Part shown: positions 27,106 through 42,760 of the stretch, piece by piece
Layout of the letters: each line of letters begins with the position of its first letter
Position numbering within the stretch: the stretch's first letter is position 1
Source of the DNA: the human T2T-CHM13v2.0 reference genome, Homo sapiens
NCBI RefSeq assembly: GCF_009914755.1
Contig: NC_060929.1
Strand: one strand, 5' to 3'
DNA length: 64,000 nucleotides
The notes under the pieces: generated by a model
Databases searched by the model: none
Told to the model about the DNA's origin: nothing
The model's input: only the letters and a program-made list of their open reading frames with translations
Program-made: the position numbers and the translations under genes

Positions 27106-28157
27106 CTAAGATTTAAATGTTAAAATACATGAAAATTAAAATTATGATTGAAAGATTCACTGCATTTTAGGAGAAAAATACATAGTGAGATGTAACACTA
27201 AATAGAGGATAGGTGGATAGATTAGACAAATAGATGGATAGAGAGACATTTTATGGCTCTCATGGTTATAGGGAATTGTCGTTTAACGGTGTTGAGGAAA
27301 TTAAACTGTAAAAGAAACATACTATTTCAGGTGGCAACAGTGAAGTGCCAGCATGATTATACTTCCAAATTACTATATCAAGTAGTGAACTAATCTATTA
27401 TTAGAGGGTGTTGAGCTAGTTGGTATAAGATAAACAGAGTAACAGAAAAGAATAACACTTTTTTCCTTTTTATTAACCTTTTTATTTCCTTTTTGCTTTA
27501 ACGGAAAACTAAGGATTAATGTGAGTAAATATGAAGGTAGCTCCCTCTACAATATTTTCTGCAGCATATCAAAACATCTTTCCCGGTACTTCTTCTTATA
27601 ATCACTATATTCTCTTCCTTAGTATAAAATATTGTAGCATGTGCCTAAGAATTCGTTACAAATTACTTCCCCTCATTTTATAGATAGTTATATGTGCATT
27701 TCAAGATAATTCATTTTCTCATAGAAATTCAGACATCATTTTGAAATCTCTTAGCTCCAGAGTTAGCAGTATCCATTCTTTTTGCAATACTTAGATGCTT
27801 ATGAAAATGATAAATGCTAATACTTATATAGTTATTTGTAAAACTGAGATATTGATCATCTTCATTCTTCTATTTAGACAACTGAATTATGACTGTTTCG
27901 ACCAATACTGCTTTCATATCACAAAGTGAACATGAAAAAAATAATGTAGTGTAACTACTCTCATGTCCTTATGTTTTAATATGAGTACAAATGAAATACT
28001 AAAGGTCACCAGGCATGGGAGAAAGGAGGTAATTCTAAACCTGAAAGCCATAAACTAACAAACACACAAAAAAGTTTCCACAAGATTGCTGAAGAATGTA
28101 AGCAAAATTTGAATCATTTTTGGGAAGAGGACGGGCAAAAGAATACTTTGAAAGTAA

Positions 28158-28459
<302 letters not shown>

Positions 28460-28519
28460 GGATAGTAATTATTTTTAACAATTTGAGAGCAGTTATTTTT
28501 CACAAAGAAAAGTTATAAT

Positions 28520-28670
28520 TAACATAGAAGAAAAAGCAGAAGACAGAGGAGAAAAGTAAAGTACAGAGGAAGAGGAGAAGGGCAAGGAAGGAGGAGGAGG
28601 AGAAGAGAAAGAATGGAGGAGAGGAACAGCTAGAGAATGGAAACAGAACACAATAGAATACACAGAACAG
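28520..28670. repeat. GA-rich low-complexity tract
   Basis: Direct observation. Confidence 0.8.
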
Positions 28671-30159
28671 ATAAGCATTTTGATGTGGTAAGGACGCATA
28701 TTGCTTCAAGTGTTTAAAAAATGCACACATAAAGTAAAATCTATTTCTTATTATAGGCTGTGATCACAATATTTAGAAAACTTCTGTTCTAAAAGGTTGA
28801 TAATATGTATTTATTATAAATACTATTTATTTTTTAATATTTATGACATATAAATACACTTTTTTTCCCACAAAGGCCATAACGTATTTTCAAAACCAAA
28901 CTCTAATTTACTATTTAATAAAATAACCTTACTATACTTTATCAGAACTTCAAATTCAGATATATGACTACGTTAAACTTCCGTCAATATTGTCTACATA
29001 CAGAATTAATAGCTAAACTAAAACTTGTGACCAAAACAGTTCTATGAAGATATGGTGTCAATCAAACATGTTTAAATTGTTTTTTTATTCTTGAATTAGA
29101 TTACACAAATATTTCTCAGATTTTTTATAGTCTATAGTTTGTAATTATTATTTTTAAAAAGAAAAAATAGTGTTTTTGAAGTGTATTTTATGTAATTCTT
29201 ATATTTTCTGTACTATTTCATACAGTTTGTTAAGCTAAAACTAAATCTTAGTGGAAGAATAAAGACCTACTTGAAATTCCTTGGTATAGGAACAATTACA
29301 AGATCTACTATCAAAACAAATAACTCCAGCTTCCTGACCATGATGGCTATGAGTACTAATTAAAATATTATTGATAAATATATACACATATACTTTATAA
29401 ATTGTTTGAATTAATTCCAACCAAATTTATTTTATTTAAATTATAATAAGAACAAATAATAGAATTTTTGCTTAAGGTGTGAAATTAATTTCTTGAAGTA
29501 ATATCTGGAATTTCCCCATTTGTTTTTGAAGGTCATTATAAATTTGCATAATATTTAAATCATATATGGAAAGGTTTGACTATAATTACTACTATCATTT
29601 ATGGAGACAGATATGGTAATAAGGTCTTCAGCCAATATTTCTTTATTTGTTAAAACAATTATTCTAAACTGTTAATAATCTATAAAAGTAACAACACTGA
29701 CCTTCATTCTACGTTTTATTTGTATTCACTTGAACTAACTCAGAAGTCATACCTCCAGTCAGAAAGTGAATATTTTCTTATATTTGCACTAAATATTAAT
29801 CAGGAAAAATGAGTTAAAGAGCATATAGTGGGTGCTCAAATATGAATAATAATAACATTTTTCAAGCTTTTACTAAGATATTTACCACTGGATGTTTAAA
29901 CCATTTTGCCTAATTATACCTGGATTCTCAGATACAGATATGAATGCGTTTGTTAATTTTAAAATGACACTTCTATATTTTTCGTTTTTTTCATTTGAGA
30001 CCATTCTATTAATTATAACTCCTCATTTTAGCTAGGAGCAGGAATAATAAATTTCAGATACCTTGCATTCTGATCATTTAACTTAACATAGCCTTGCCAA
30101 AAGAACAGAAAATGATGTCCATATTCTAATCTCCCATCTCTAAATCCACTTTTCCATAG

Positions 30160-30692
30160 TCTGTACTGGAATGTTAGGACCAGAAATCACTGGTGGACCT
30201 CAATTTTTGACTCCTTTCCCAGCTGGCTTTCTAGCAGAAGATTGGAAGCACTGGGGGGCTTAGGATGGTGGTAAAAGAGGATAATAGAATGTCTTTTTAA
30301 TTTTTCTTCTAGCAGAGGCATTATCCTTTGAAAGCGATAGGTGGCTCTGGCCTCCCGCTCCTCTTGGATCCATCAGTACTAGCCTTAAGCTATTGTGCCC
30401 TCTCAAAGACTCAAGCCACATCCAAGCAATACTCCTTCCAGAGATGGCTGATTACTAACTCTGCAGGACCATTCAACTGAGCTACTAGATTTGATAAAGT
30501 CAACTTCTTTTCTCTCCAGTTTTGTTTCGTGTTGTAGATGCTTTCCGCTTCAGGTATTGGTCTGATTTATTCCCCATCCCCGCTTTTTTTTAATGTTTAG
30601 TACTTATAATCCTCTATATTACATGACCTCTGTTGATAGATCTACTTGTCTTTGTTAAACTTGTATTTCCTGACTGGGCCTTGACTGAAGCT
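30160..30692 (+). mobile_element. LTR33-like ERVL LTR
   Basis: gcagaagattggaag internal segment; 3' end tttcctgactgggccttgactga. Confidence 0.55.
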
Positions 30693-31757
30693 TTCCAAAA
30701 TCCTCCCCTTTCAAAGATTAATTGTTGAACTTTCTAAACAGTATACTCATAAGAGTATTTTGAATTAGGTGGACTGATATGGAACCATGAATAGCTAAGA
30801 AATGAAAATGTAAGTTTAGTGAATGTCCTAGTTATCATAAAGTTTTTAGAGCTATTTACATAATGAATATTTCAATGGAAAAAAAATCCAGTTTGTTGAA
30901 GAAAAGTTACTCAACAAGTAATAGAATATTATGTAAATGGCGTTACCCACATTTGCTAACCTAACTAAACAAATAAATGTTAAGAATAAGGGAAGAGATT
31001 AAGAGTAAATATAATTTTTGATATTTATTTTATCATAAGTTAGGTGCATGTGAAAGAGAAATCAAACTTAAGGAAAAGGAGGGATATGGGAAAAAGAAAA
31101 GAAAGGGGAAAGGTAGAGAGAGAAAAAAGACACAGAAGAAAGGAAATAAACAAAAAAAGGTATGCGGAAACTTGAAGACTAGATTATTTTAGAAAACCCA
31201 ATGTAATTTCATAGTGGAAACAGAATCACCTGCAAATAGCAAATTAGATGCTTTGGAAACTATTAATCTCACATTTAACATCAGATGATATTTTTGACAA
31301 ATGGTAAAGTGCATGAGGATGAAGCATAGTACGGTAATAAAATGCAAGTTTGATTAACATTTTTTTGAGGAACGAAATCCTGACACTCACAATGTGTAAT
31401 CTTGGAAAAATTATTTAATGCCTCAGAGTCTCAGTGTCCTAACCTGTACAATAGAAGATAGTCATTCTCAGCTTCCAATATTTAAGTTCATACAAGAACA
31501 AACACATATTTATCAAGAACCAGTCACATGTGAGCAGCAAAACCTATTATTATATTTCAAAAATGACTTCTAAATTTTAATTATTTTAAAAGGGATAAAT
31601 TAAATTGGGATCTTAAAGAGTCTTGTGGTAGTCACTTTGACATCAACAAATTGAGTTCCTTTTCTGTACTATTCACTTTCCAAGGATCTAGGAATAAAGC
31701 AGAGATCAAAAAAGGCAAAAAAAAATGCATCCCTAATCTCATGAAACATATACTTTA

Positions 31758-32140
<383 letters not shown>

Positions 32141-32342
32141 GAAGAAGAAGACGAAGAAAGAGAGAAAGAGAGAGTAAGTAAGAGAAAGAAAGGAAAGACA
32201 GAGAGAGAAAGGAAGGAGGGAGGGAAGGAAGGGAGGGAGGGAGGGGAGAGAGAAAGAGAGAGGAAAGAAAGAAAGAGAAGGAAAGAAGGAAAGAAAAGAA
32301 AAAGAAAGAGAAAGAGAGAGAGAAAGAAAAAGAAAGAAAGAA

Positions 32343-32402
<60 letters not shown>

Positions 32403-32406
32403 AAAA
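32141..32406. repeat. Compound purine repeat ending in (AAAG)~15
   Basis: GAA/GGAA/GGGA/AAAG units; pure AAAG array at 32342-32404. Confidence 0.95.
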
Positions 32407-34996
32407 TTCAAAGTAGGAGTGGGGAGCTAGAGAGAAAGGAAGAGAGAGGTTGTGTGCTAATTTATTTAGGGTGCTCAGGAAACTCCCTCTATAGGTAATA
32501 TTTGAGTATAGACCCAGCAGAAGTGAGGGACAAACTACGCAGGTATCTAGAAAAGAGCATTCCTGGAGGAGGGAAGAGTCAGTGAAGGGACCTTGAAGCA
32601 GGGCCCGCTGATATGGTGGAGGCGCAGCAGCCAGGGCACTGCGGCAGAGCACGCACGAGGGGAGGTGCTAGGAAAAGATGCCTGAAACCCAGCAGGAGCA
32701 ATTTCTATGTAGGGCCTTATTGATTATAGTTTGGATTTGAAATTTTATTTTTAGAGAGCTAAAAAGCCATTCGAGTGTTTGAAAAGACGAAGGGGGATGT
32801 GCTGTGGTTTAAAATCGGGCTACTGAAAAATTATGAACATTTAGGATCTAGAATAAAAGCTGGATGGCTTTGGGAGAACATTTTTCAAATAAAAGATGAA
32901 GATGGCTTTGAGCAGCATCAACCTGCAGGTGTTATAAAATTTGGATTCCAGGTCTATTTTTGAGGAAGTCTATAGAACCTCAGGATGGAACAACAGGAGG
33001 AGGAACAATAGGAACTTCAACACTATGAAATGAAATTTGCAAAATTATAACATTTAAAAATATAATCTTGGTATTGATTTGATAGTAAGCGATAGATGCT
33101 AAATATAGCAGAGATAGGGTGGAATCAAAGATACAAATGATAGGGCACAGTTTGTACAAGGACGAGAGTTTAAAAAAATTAATACCTTGAATGTAAGAAC
33201 TACAGACTTAAATATATATGTGATATACATAAATCTGTAGTTCATATATATATATGATATACATATATCATATATATTTAAATCTGTAGTTCATACATAT
33301 ATATATAATCTGAGATTGGAGGAAGTCTTTCATTTTGGGGAAAATCCAGTGAGATCTATTCCAAGCCTCAGTTACACATATGCATTAACAAGTGCAAGTG
33401 CATATGTGTGTGGACTTTAGATAAATAGTAGCTCCACACCAGAGAAATTGCCCAGCTTTATTACCCTCTTATTCATATAATTTAAATTCATTGTTTTTGA
33501 ATAAGAATGGTAGAAAGATTTATGACCTAGAACACTCATGATGAATATGCAACTTCCCTCTGGTGCCAGAGAGGGAGATCAATGGAATAACTATGTAACA
33601 AGTGGTGGCATTATAATAGTGGTATTGGTTGAACTAGAAGGTTTATCCTGATGTTCCTTTTCACATACAAATTCTACACTAACCATTTAGATTACTAACT
33701 AACTTACAACAAAATTATACAGTGGATATTTTATATTTTGAATAAGCATTACATTTTTGAAATCCAATTGACTAGGTCTGTCATTTTAATTCAGTGTTAA
33801 TTAATTTAAGTAAAAATGGCTGTTAATGACAATCTGTGTAAGGCACTGGAGAAAACACATTTATCAGGAAGACATAGTACCAGTCTTAGTAATTTTACAT
33901 TCTAAAGTACTGTATTCAATGTTTCACGTAAAGATAATATCAAGCTCTAATATTAGGTCATCTGGATAACATATAAGTCACAAAAATTTCAAATATCTTA
34001 GAACCAAAAATTTCTTAGAAACTAATTATTTCTAACATGTAGGCTTTGAAATTTCAGCTTTATTCTACTGACTTAAGTTTCACATTTCTGAAGAAAATGA
34101 TAATACATTTAAAATGCAGTATAATTTTAGTCCCCAGGCATTATTACACAAACAAAATGCTTAAATCATTTTGGCTCAATCTTGAAAAAGAAAACAAAGA
34201 AATTCTAAAGATTCAACATTTAGTTCTTATTTAAATCAAGTTCTACATTTTGGCTAATTACGTAATTCCTTAGCAAGTGATTCTCAACAGGGCTTCACAA
34301 AATGTAAGACTTTTCACAAAATGTAAAACTTTTACAACACATTCTCTCAATAAGGACCTATGATGGCAGGTTTTCAAATGAAAGTATTTCAAGATGTAGT
34401 TACTTTTATCTAGTTGTTAGAATTTTTTTTAAGGTATAAGACTGTATTTGGGTCAACTTATCTATTCTTAAGCCTTTAGATACTCATGAATGAGTCAAAT
34501 TTTCAATTAACAAAGTTGGCATTGTTTGAAGAAACAAAAGGATAACGTTTCATATTCTAAAGCATTTAATAAAGTTATTAAGCTCTATAACTTCATAATA
34601 TCAATCACCTCACTTATGTAAATACAAATTCTGGACTAAAATTGTGTTTTAAGATATGTTTTGGATTACTCACACTTAGGTACCTAAAACTTAAACATTT
34701 TAATCCTAAACGGACCTTTGATATCAGTTTAGAAGATGCCTAGGAAAGCAATTAGGCCCAGAAAGTGTACATGACTTATTTAAAAACATTTACTGGCTAG
34801 TGTCAGAAACATCACATACACTTATTAGGGTTAGCAAATATCCAGTAAATACACAGTTACTTCCCCTTCTCTTCTCATGCAATCATTAATTCAGCGTTGC
34901 TCCAACGTCAATGAAGCCTGAGTAAAGCTTCATCATGCTTCACGTCAGAGTACACTGAGCTACCACAATTACATGGGATTAAAGAAAACTATTTGG

Positions 34997-35291
<295 letters not shown>

Positions 35292-35617
35292 AAAGAAAAG
35301 TATTTGGTAACTTTGAGTTATAGCTTTTCTCCATATTCATAAGTACTGTGACATAAAAAATTCTATATGTCTTTTAGTGTCTAGTGCACTATTTTATTAT
35401 AGAAATGAATAGTTATAAGGAGCAAAAGTCACATGTAAACATATCCAGTTCTAAACAAATGCACAGAAGTATGTGGCCAGACATATGCTCAAACCTTAAA
35501 CAAACAAATCTTCCATGGGTCCATAAAAAATTCAATATATTTACAAGAAGTCCCAAAAGCTTAAACTTAGGATCCTACCTTTTGTAAGGCAGGCCGTTTT
35601 ATTATCAAGAATATCTC

Positions 35618-35933
35618 GGCCAGGTACAGTGGCTCACGCCTGTAATCCAAGCACTTTGGGAGGCCGAGGTTTGTGGATCACCTGAGGTTAGGAGTTCGAA
35701 ACCAGCCTGGCCAACATGGTGGTAAAATCCCGTCTCTACTAATAATACAAAAATTAGCTGGGCGTGGTAGTGCATGCCTGTAATCCCAGCTACTTGGGAG
35801 GCTGAAGCAGGAGAATTGCTTAACCCAGGAGGCGGAGGTTGCAGTGAGCCCAGATTGCACCATTGCGCTATAGCCTGGATGACAAGAATTTAAACTCCAT
35901 CTCAAAATAATAATAATAATAGTAATAATAATA
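35618..35933 (+). mobile_element. AluSp/Sq-like SINE with (AAT)n tail
   Basis: Full dimer; gacaagaatttaaactcc end; AAT repeat tail. Confidence 0.93.
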
Positions 35934-37809
35934 ACAAATCACATTTTCCCATTTTGGATTATTTTTAATTATTAATATTTTACACTATAAGTATCAAGAG
36001 ATTCTCAGGAGTATTTTCAGAATCCTTGAACAATTTCAGGGGATATTTCAAATCAAAGAAAAAATAATGTGTCTGCAACATCTGTACTCCTTTCTTGTCT
36101 TACACAAAGGGTATTTGTGCATAAATACATGCTAAAAATATGTTTACTTGATTGAGTGGACATGATCACTCTGGATACCACACTTTGGACTAATCCAATG
36201 AATGAAATACAAAATGAAAATAAAAAGAGAAATGTAAGATACAGGAACAGAATCCTTATTTTGAAATCACAGTTTCGTTGTATTTGCTGATAAAACCTAT
36301 CCAATAGTATCAATAGGTTCTTTCACATTCTCCAAGTTTCATAGCTGTACATTAACTGTGGCTAAATTTAAAATTATTGTAGACTCCAGATTTGGAATTG
36401 TACTCTCTCACTTATCATATAAGTAACTAAACCATATTCTAAAATATAATATTTTCTTTAATCATTTATATTACAAATAAATATAAAAATATTCAGAACA
36501 AAAATGTCATGTTATACACAAATCTAACCTCTACTCGACAATTTATACAATATATACAATTCTACTCCACAATTTATTTTTTCTTTCTTCTACCTTTTAC
36601 CGTTCTGTAAATACAGTATAAAATAAAAATTTGGGATTTATATGTAATGATAAATCTATATGCTCTTTGCAATTTTTTTGTGAATACCCCCCAAAATACT
36701 ATACTATAATACAAATGTGATTACACACCAATATCCCTTTTAATGAGAAAAAAATGACAAAAGTATCACTGGACCATAATGTCAATTAATTTTAAATTCA
36801 TAGAACAGCTGTGAATGTTAGAGCCATAGGGTTCTTCCCTGGACCCCTGTGAATTATCTGTCAAGGTTAAAGGAAGCATAACAATTTGCTACAGGTATAC
36901 CCAGAGGGTATGAACTCATAGGAAAGAGAGGAAAGCAGAATGGTCATGAAAGACTGTTATTGGAGACAGCTGCGTGGCGGGAGGCGATAAGGTAGTAGAA
37001 GTGGAGTCGGAGTAGAGATAATGAAAGCAATGACAGAAAAGACAGCTGTGTAGAGATTAGGTTTACAAAGCAAGATCTGTATCCATAACTAAAATCTGTG
37101 AGAAGAACATTTTGACACATCAAAGAGCCTCAAGGAGCTGGTTTACTTTTAATACAATTTGAAAGTGACAATAAAATGCTGGCACAGTGCCGCAGCTACT
37201 TCATAGGTGTCTGACATAATATGATTACAATTCAGAATGGAATCATCAACCGACTCTATTTCTCCAGAGGATAAAAAACACAAACATAGCAGGGCTAACC
37301 ATGCTTCTGTTGTTATGATCGTCTCATGTTTAAAATTTGGAAATTACTGTTCGTTACTAAGGTCGACTTTTTCTGGAAAGGTAATGGAGAAATCTCTCTC
37401 TGTCATTTTTATGTTCATCTTTTGTTGTATTGCATATTTTAATTGCAATGGATTATACCTACAGATTATTCACTCATTTTTTGTGTTAATCAAACATGTG
37501 TAACATTTGATGTAAAGGTACAAGAAAGAATGGAATTCCATTGTAAACAGGGATTTATGAGAAGCCAGTTAGGAAAAAGTGTCACAAACAAATTGAGCCT
37601 TAAACAAAGTCCGTCATCCAATTAAAAAAAAAATGTAGGCTGGTGGGGAAGTATTGCAGAAAAAACTGAACAGAATTTTTAAAGACTTGGGATCTGGAAA
37701 AGCATGGTGTCTATGAGAAAGTGCAGAGAGTTTAATTTGAGCTAAGTATGCACTGGAGAGTGCCAGATTAGGCTAAATATTAAAAAAGAAAAGAATATAT
37801 ATATATATA

Positions 37810-38280
37810 TAGTCTACTGCTGTGCAAGGAAAAAAACCCACATACTAGTGGCTTAAAAGAACAAGAAAAATTTCTTGTCATGAATCTACAAATCTGCAAT
37901 TTGGGCATGGCAGGGACAACTTGTCTCTGCTCCATTCAGCATTAGCACTCAGAACCGTCTAAAAGTTCCAAACCTCACAGGTTAGGTAGCTGATTCTGGC
38001 TGGCGGCTGGGACCTCAGCTGGGGCTGTGATCAGAATCCCTACAGGTGGATGCTGCGTTCTAATCGTGGATATCGCCTTTTCTAACCCAGCCTTAGAAGT
38101 CACGCAGCATCAATTTCGCCACATGCTATTTGTTAGATGTGGGTCACTAAATCCAATCTATATTCTTGGAAGTGAAATTAGACCTCATCTCTCAGTGTAT
38201 AAATGCCAACAACATGTTGTAAATAAAAGCATGTAGGAAATAATATTTTGGCCTAACATCTTTGAAAAATAAAATTTCAT
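37810..38280 (-). mobile_element. MLT1G/H-like LTR within L2 remnants
   Basis: tagtggcttaaaagaac...tgtctctgctcca...ggctgggacctcagctggggctgt...agccttagaagtcacgcagcatca. Confidence 0.75.
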
Positions 38281-39129
38281 ACAATTGCTTTGGTTCTTCA
38301 CTAAGGATGGTAAATGTATCACGTGGTTTCCCGACGTGAGGCATGATCAGACATGTGTCTTAGAGAGCTCTTTCTGGCAGCTTGGGGAGAACTAATAAGA
38401 GAGGGCTTGCCCTTAATGGAAAGGAGAGCACTTAAAAAGCCATTGCAGAATGTAGCAATAACAGCCTGGATTATGACAGTGAATATAGGAAAAAGTCCAG
38501 TAGAAATGTATTTTCAGCAAAGAAGAAATGACCTATAAAGATAAATGTTCCAGAAAGGTAGACTAAAATAAGGAGTGAAACATCATGAAATTTGCAAACA
38601 ATTTTAGCATGTGTTAAATACTGAAGGGGAAAGCCAGATTGAAATAATTTCCAAGGCTGATGAAATTTAAGAATGCAAACCCAGAAGATAGTGACTCAAG
38701 GGATAGGGAAGATTGGATGACTGATAGCTAAAGGTGGCAGATAAAAAGCTCATGGTGTATTTATTTTTGTCTTATTTCTTTGTTTAAAATGGATTCAGTT
38801 GAGAGTTCAGTGGATGAGACTGGAGTCACATTGGAAGGGCAAGACTGCAGAGAATGCAGGGGAAGGATCAGCTGATGGACAGTCTTCTACTGACACTGAT
38901 GGACAGGTGGTAAGGCCATACACAGGTTCAGATAAAGTATAGGTGTGAGAGGGGCATGTTTTGTTGAAGTAGAGAATCTACTCAAGAATGTTGCTCAAAT
39001 TATTGAATTTGTAAAAACACCAGTGTACACTGGAATTAATCTGAATCTTGAGAAATAAAGTGGACACACAGGAAATTTTTCTTATCTCTTATCTCTTGCT
39101 AATGGTGTTACTAAAGCCGTATGAAAATG

Positions 39130-39290
39130 GATTCATTACTTAACTTCTCTGTGCCTCACTTCCCTTATCTGTAAAGCAGGGATGATAAAAATAGGGATGC
39201 TGTGTATTAAAATGACTTAATTTGTGGAAAACAGTGAGATTGATGCCTTGCACATGGTACAACCATATGATCACTAGTCAATCTTATTAA
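39130..39290 (+). mobile_element. MIR SINE fragment
   Basis: ttacttaacttctctgtgcctcacttcccttatctgtaaagcagggatgataa core. Confidence 0.75.
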
Positions 39291-40139
39291 ATAGAAGAAA
39301 ATAATTATATCCAGTCCTAAGTGCTCTGAACACAGAAAAAGAAAGTGTTGGCTATTGGAATTCCTCTACAATAGAATGATTAAAGCTGTGTCATCTCTAC
39401 CCTTTGGGAAAGTATTACTTACACGAAAAATTTTGTAAAGAAGCTGAACATTGTCCAAGTAGCAGAAAAAAATATAGATGTATTTTCTTGTGATTAAGAT
39501 ATTTTAAAAATACCCCCACACTATATAATGGTGAACACATGGGTATTTTTTAAACCTTTCCAGATACAACTGTAGCTTAAAATTACACATTTTCTTTAAC
39601 ATTATAGAGGAATTACTGTTCATATTTTTTCTTCCAAATGGTATCTAAATACATTGAATTGGTGATATCTATGATCAGCTCCTCTCTATTTAAATAAGTT
39701 TATGCATAAACAATTTTCTTGGTTCTCAATTGCTGTATAATGTCATCAACTTAAGCACAACTGTTCAGGAACAAAATGAAACAAAAAAAGAGATAAATAC
39801 TACAGAAGGGATTACTATAATAGTACTGTTGATAATCTAGTGTTAGATGTATCCCAACTTCAAAAAAAAGTTAGAATAAAAAAATAGAATGGGACACATA
39901 TAATAATGCAACAACATTTTTGTTAATGTATAATCAGTACAATTATCTGTAGTGTTTGTGACATCATTATGGATGCCAGTTATGTTCCAAACTTAAAAAA
40001 AAAACAGCTAAGTAAGAGATTAGAGGTTGGATTCGAACACTTGCTTTGTGGAATAAAAATTTCTGTTCAGATTTTTTGTTCTTTATTTTCCTCTTCCCAA
40101 ATTTTTATGGCATCGTTAACCATCCAAATAATTAAACTG

Positions 40140-40735
40140 ATGCCTAAAGTTTATACTTTATATTACTTTACCTCTCACAGCCTATATCCAAATCACCAAA
40201 GCTTTAAAACTCTTCACTTTCTAAACCTTTCTCAAATTGCACCAAAGTGCACCAGAACCATCAGTACCTCTTCAAGATTACTGCAACAGCGTGATATATA
40301 CCATTATTCCTCCTCTCCAGGGTCCTTTATGTTTGCTATTCTTTCTCAGTGGAATTATCTTTCCTGCCTTTTTTCCCCATGTAAATCTTCCGATCTATGA
40401 AGCCTTAGCTTAATTTCTTCTATGTCCAGGAATTTTTTTTTTCTCACCTCCCTGGCTGGTGTAACTCCTATTACATGCTCTACTGAAAACATGTATCCTT
40501 TTTTAGAAACATGTTATCAGATGTGTAATTTAATATTGTTGGTGTCATTACTGATTAATAAGTACTTCCCACAGTAGAATAAAATTTCACTAAGAGCAAC
40601 TCCATTTGTTATCTCTTGTGAGTGTTAGATATTGACATCAATATTTATGTCTAGCATCGTATCCAAAGCACCTAGCACCATGTTGACCATACAGGAAATC
40701 TTTATTTATTATCTGTTGAATTAAATGAATTAATT
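40140..40735 (+). mobile_element. L2 LINE 3' fragment
   Basis: Ends gcacctagcaccatg...atctgttgaattaaatgaat. Confidence 0.6.
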
Positions 40736-42159
40736 TATGATTCAGGATAATACAATATGCAATATAATATACTAATGTGAGAATATTTCATTTTTGTATT
40801 TATAAAGTAATTATGACATTTTAATAATAATACATATTTAGAACATTATTTGATGTTCAAGGTACAGCATGACTTTTAAAAGTGACTATTTTTCCTTCAG
40901 CTGTATCATGATTTAGCTTTAGCTTATAAATAAATAACTTTATAACTGTTAATAAATAAGTAAAACTGGTGCATCATTTACCTATTTAGGATGCTTATGC
41001 TAAAATTAGGAAATTTAAAACAATGATACTCAAAAATTAACAGATGTAGCTTATTGAAATTATTGTCATTTAAAATAAAGTACTTGTCTGAATAATCTGA
41101 TAAATAACATGCCTTAAATAATTTACATATTTTCTGTTCCTTTTTTCAGAGGCTTATTTTCATATTTTATTCATATAGTCCCTACAAACATACTTTTTAA
41201 CTCTGATTTCCGAAGTATTGATTCTAACTTCTTGCCTTTCTCAACATTCTCTTTCAATCTAGCTCCTAAATTTTAGAGGTCCAAATACTCTCTTCCTCTT
41301 CCCCTTTTCCCTCTTCTCCTCCACCTCTCCTCCTCCTCTCATAACCCTTAATCTTCCTCCTTTGCCTCTTCCTACTCCTCCTCTTTTTCTTCCTCTTTCT
41401 TTTGTATTCTTATACTATGCTCTCTTGATGAATGGAAGTGGTGCTTACTAAATAATGAGGCACACAAATGTGAACAGATTGTTATTTTAAAGTAGTTTAA
41501 AGTTCATCGAATGGAGCGAGTATGCCTGAAATGTGTATTGTGCATTTACAGATATTTCAGTGTCTTTCACAAATATCGATAAATTAGGATCACAGTCAGA
41601 AATTGGTAATGGAGATAATTGTCTTTGAAAGAAATTTGAGCTGGAAAATGAACTCAAGAAGTTTGAGTTCTCTTTTCAAGAGAGTCAAATCACTGTTTTT
41701 AGGCCTGCTAGAGCATTTTGTTGTCCCTTTGCTCTTTAATGTAACCTGATAGTGCTGAAACTTTTAGGTATATACATGAATAACTAGGTTTAGATAAACC
41801 TGGAAGAAAACTACCTTAATTCCAAGAATTGGATTAAATGAAGGTACAGAATAAAAAATTTCTTTGAATTCTTCTTTTGAAATTTGGTAACTCAAAATAT
41901 TAAGTGGGGGATAAGAAATAGTAAAGGTATTTAAAAAGTTATCTTTATACTAATACCACTACTCTGAACCACTAGTAAGCATATTAATGAGTATAGTTTC
42001 TCATGAACTTTGAATTACTTAGGACAAACACATCAGAAGATGACCAAGAAAAACATCAACAATTCCACTAGATTTGAGTTTTAGATCTTCTTATTTCTTT
42101 TGTAACTTATTTCAAAGTGTACTCTGAGATTGCCATTCTACAATGCAATGAAATATAAC

Positions 42160-42285
42160 TAATGGGTATCAGGTTTAATACCTGAGTGATGAAATCATCT
42201 GTTCAACAAACCCCAATGACAAAAGTTTACCTATGTAACAAACCTGCACTTGTACGTCTGAACTTAAAATAAAAGTTAAAAAAAA
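42160..42285 (+). mobile_element. L1PA13-16-type 3' tip
   Basis: cctatgtaacaaacctgcacttgtac...aacttaaaataaaagttaaaaaaa. Confidence 0.85.
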
Positions 42286-42331
42286 TCAGTATGGGTATAT
42301 ATAATTATACATATTTATAAAGTACAAGTGA

Positions 42332-42760
42332 TTTTTTTAATTTGAATTTTTTAAATGTTTGTGGGTACATAGTAGGTGTATTATATTTATGGGGTAGATG
42401 AGATATTTTGATACAAACATACCATGTGTAATGATTAAATTAGGACAACTGGGGTATCCATCACCTCAAGCGTTTATCATTTATTTGTGTTAGGAACATT
42501 CCCATTTCAATCTTTTAGTTATTTTGAAATATACTGTAAATAATTGGTAACTGTAGTTCCCCTATTATGCTACCAAACACTGGATCTAATTCCATCTAAC
42601 TGTATTTTTGTACCCATTAATTCTTTCCTCTTTATCTGCACCCTTTCCACTACTTTTCCAGCCTCAGGTAACCATCATTCTACTCTGCATCTTCATGAGT
42701 TCAATTTCTTTGTTAGCTCCCACATATAAGTGAGAACATGTGATATTTATATTTTTCTGT
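42332..42760 (-). mobile_element. L1MA (MA2-4 type) 3' end
   Basis: gtgggtacatagtaggtgta...ggggtatccatcacctcaag...cccacatataagtgagaacatg. Confidence 0.85.

Noticed and set aside
34294-34333. 19-bp tandem duplication (similar ones near 7517, 36530 and 56395)
   Set aside because: Ordinary slippage duplications with no sign of function
39969-40400. 143-aa ORF
   Set aside because: Overlaps a degenerate L2 remnant; no homology or exon signals recognised
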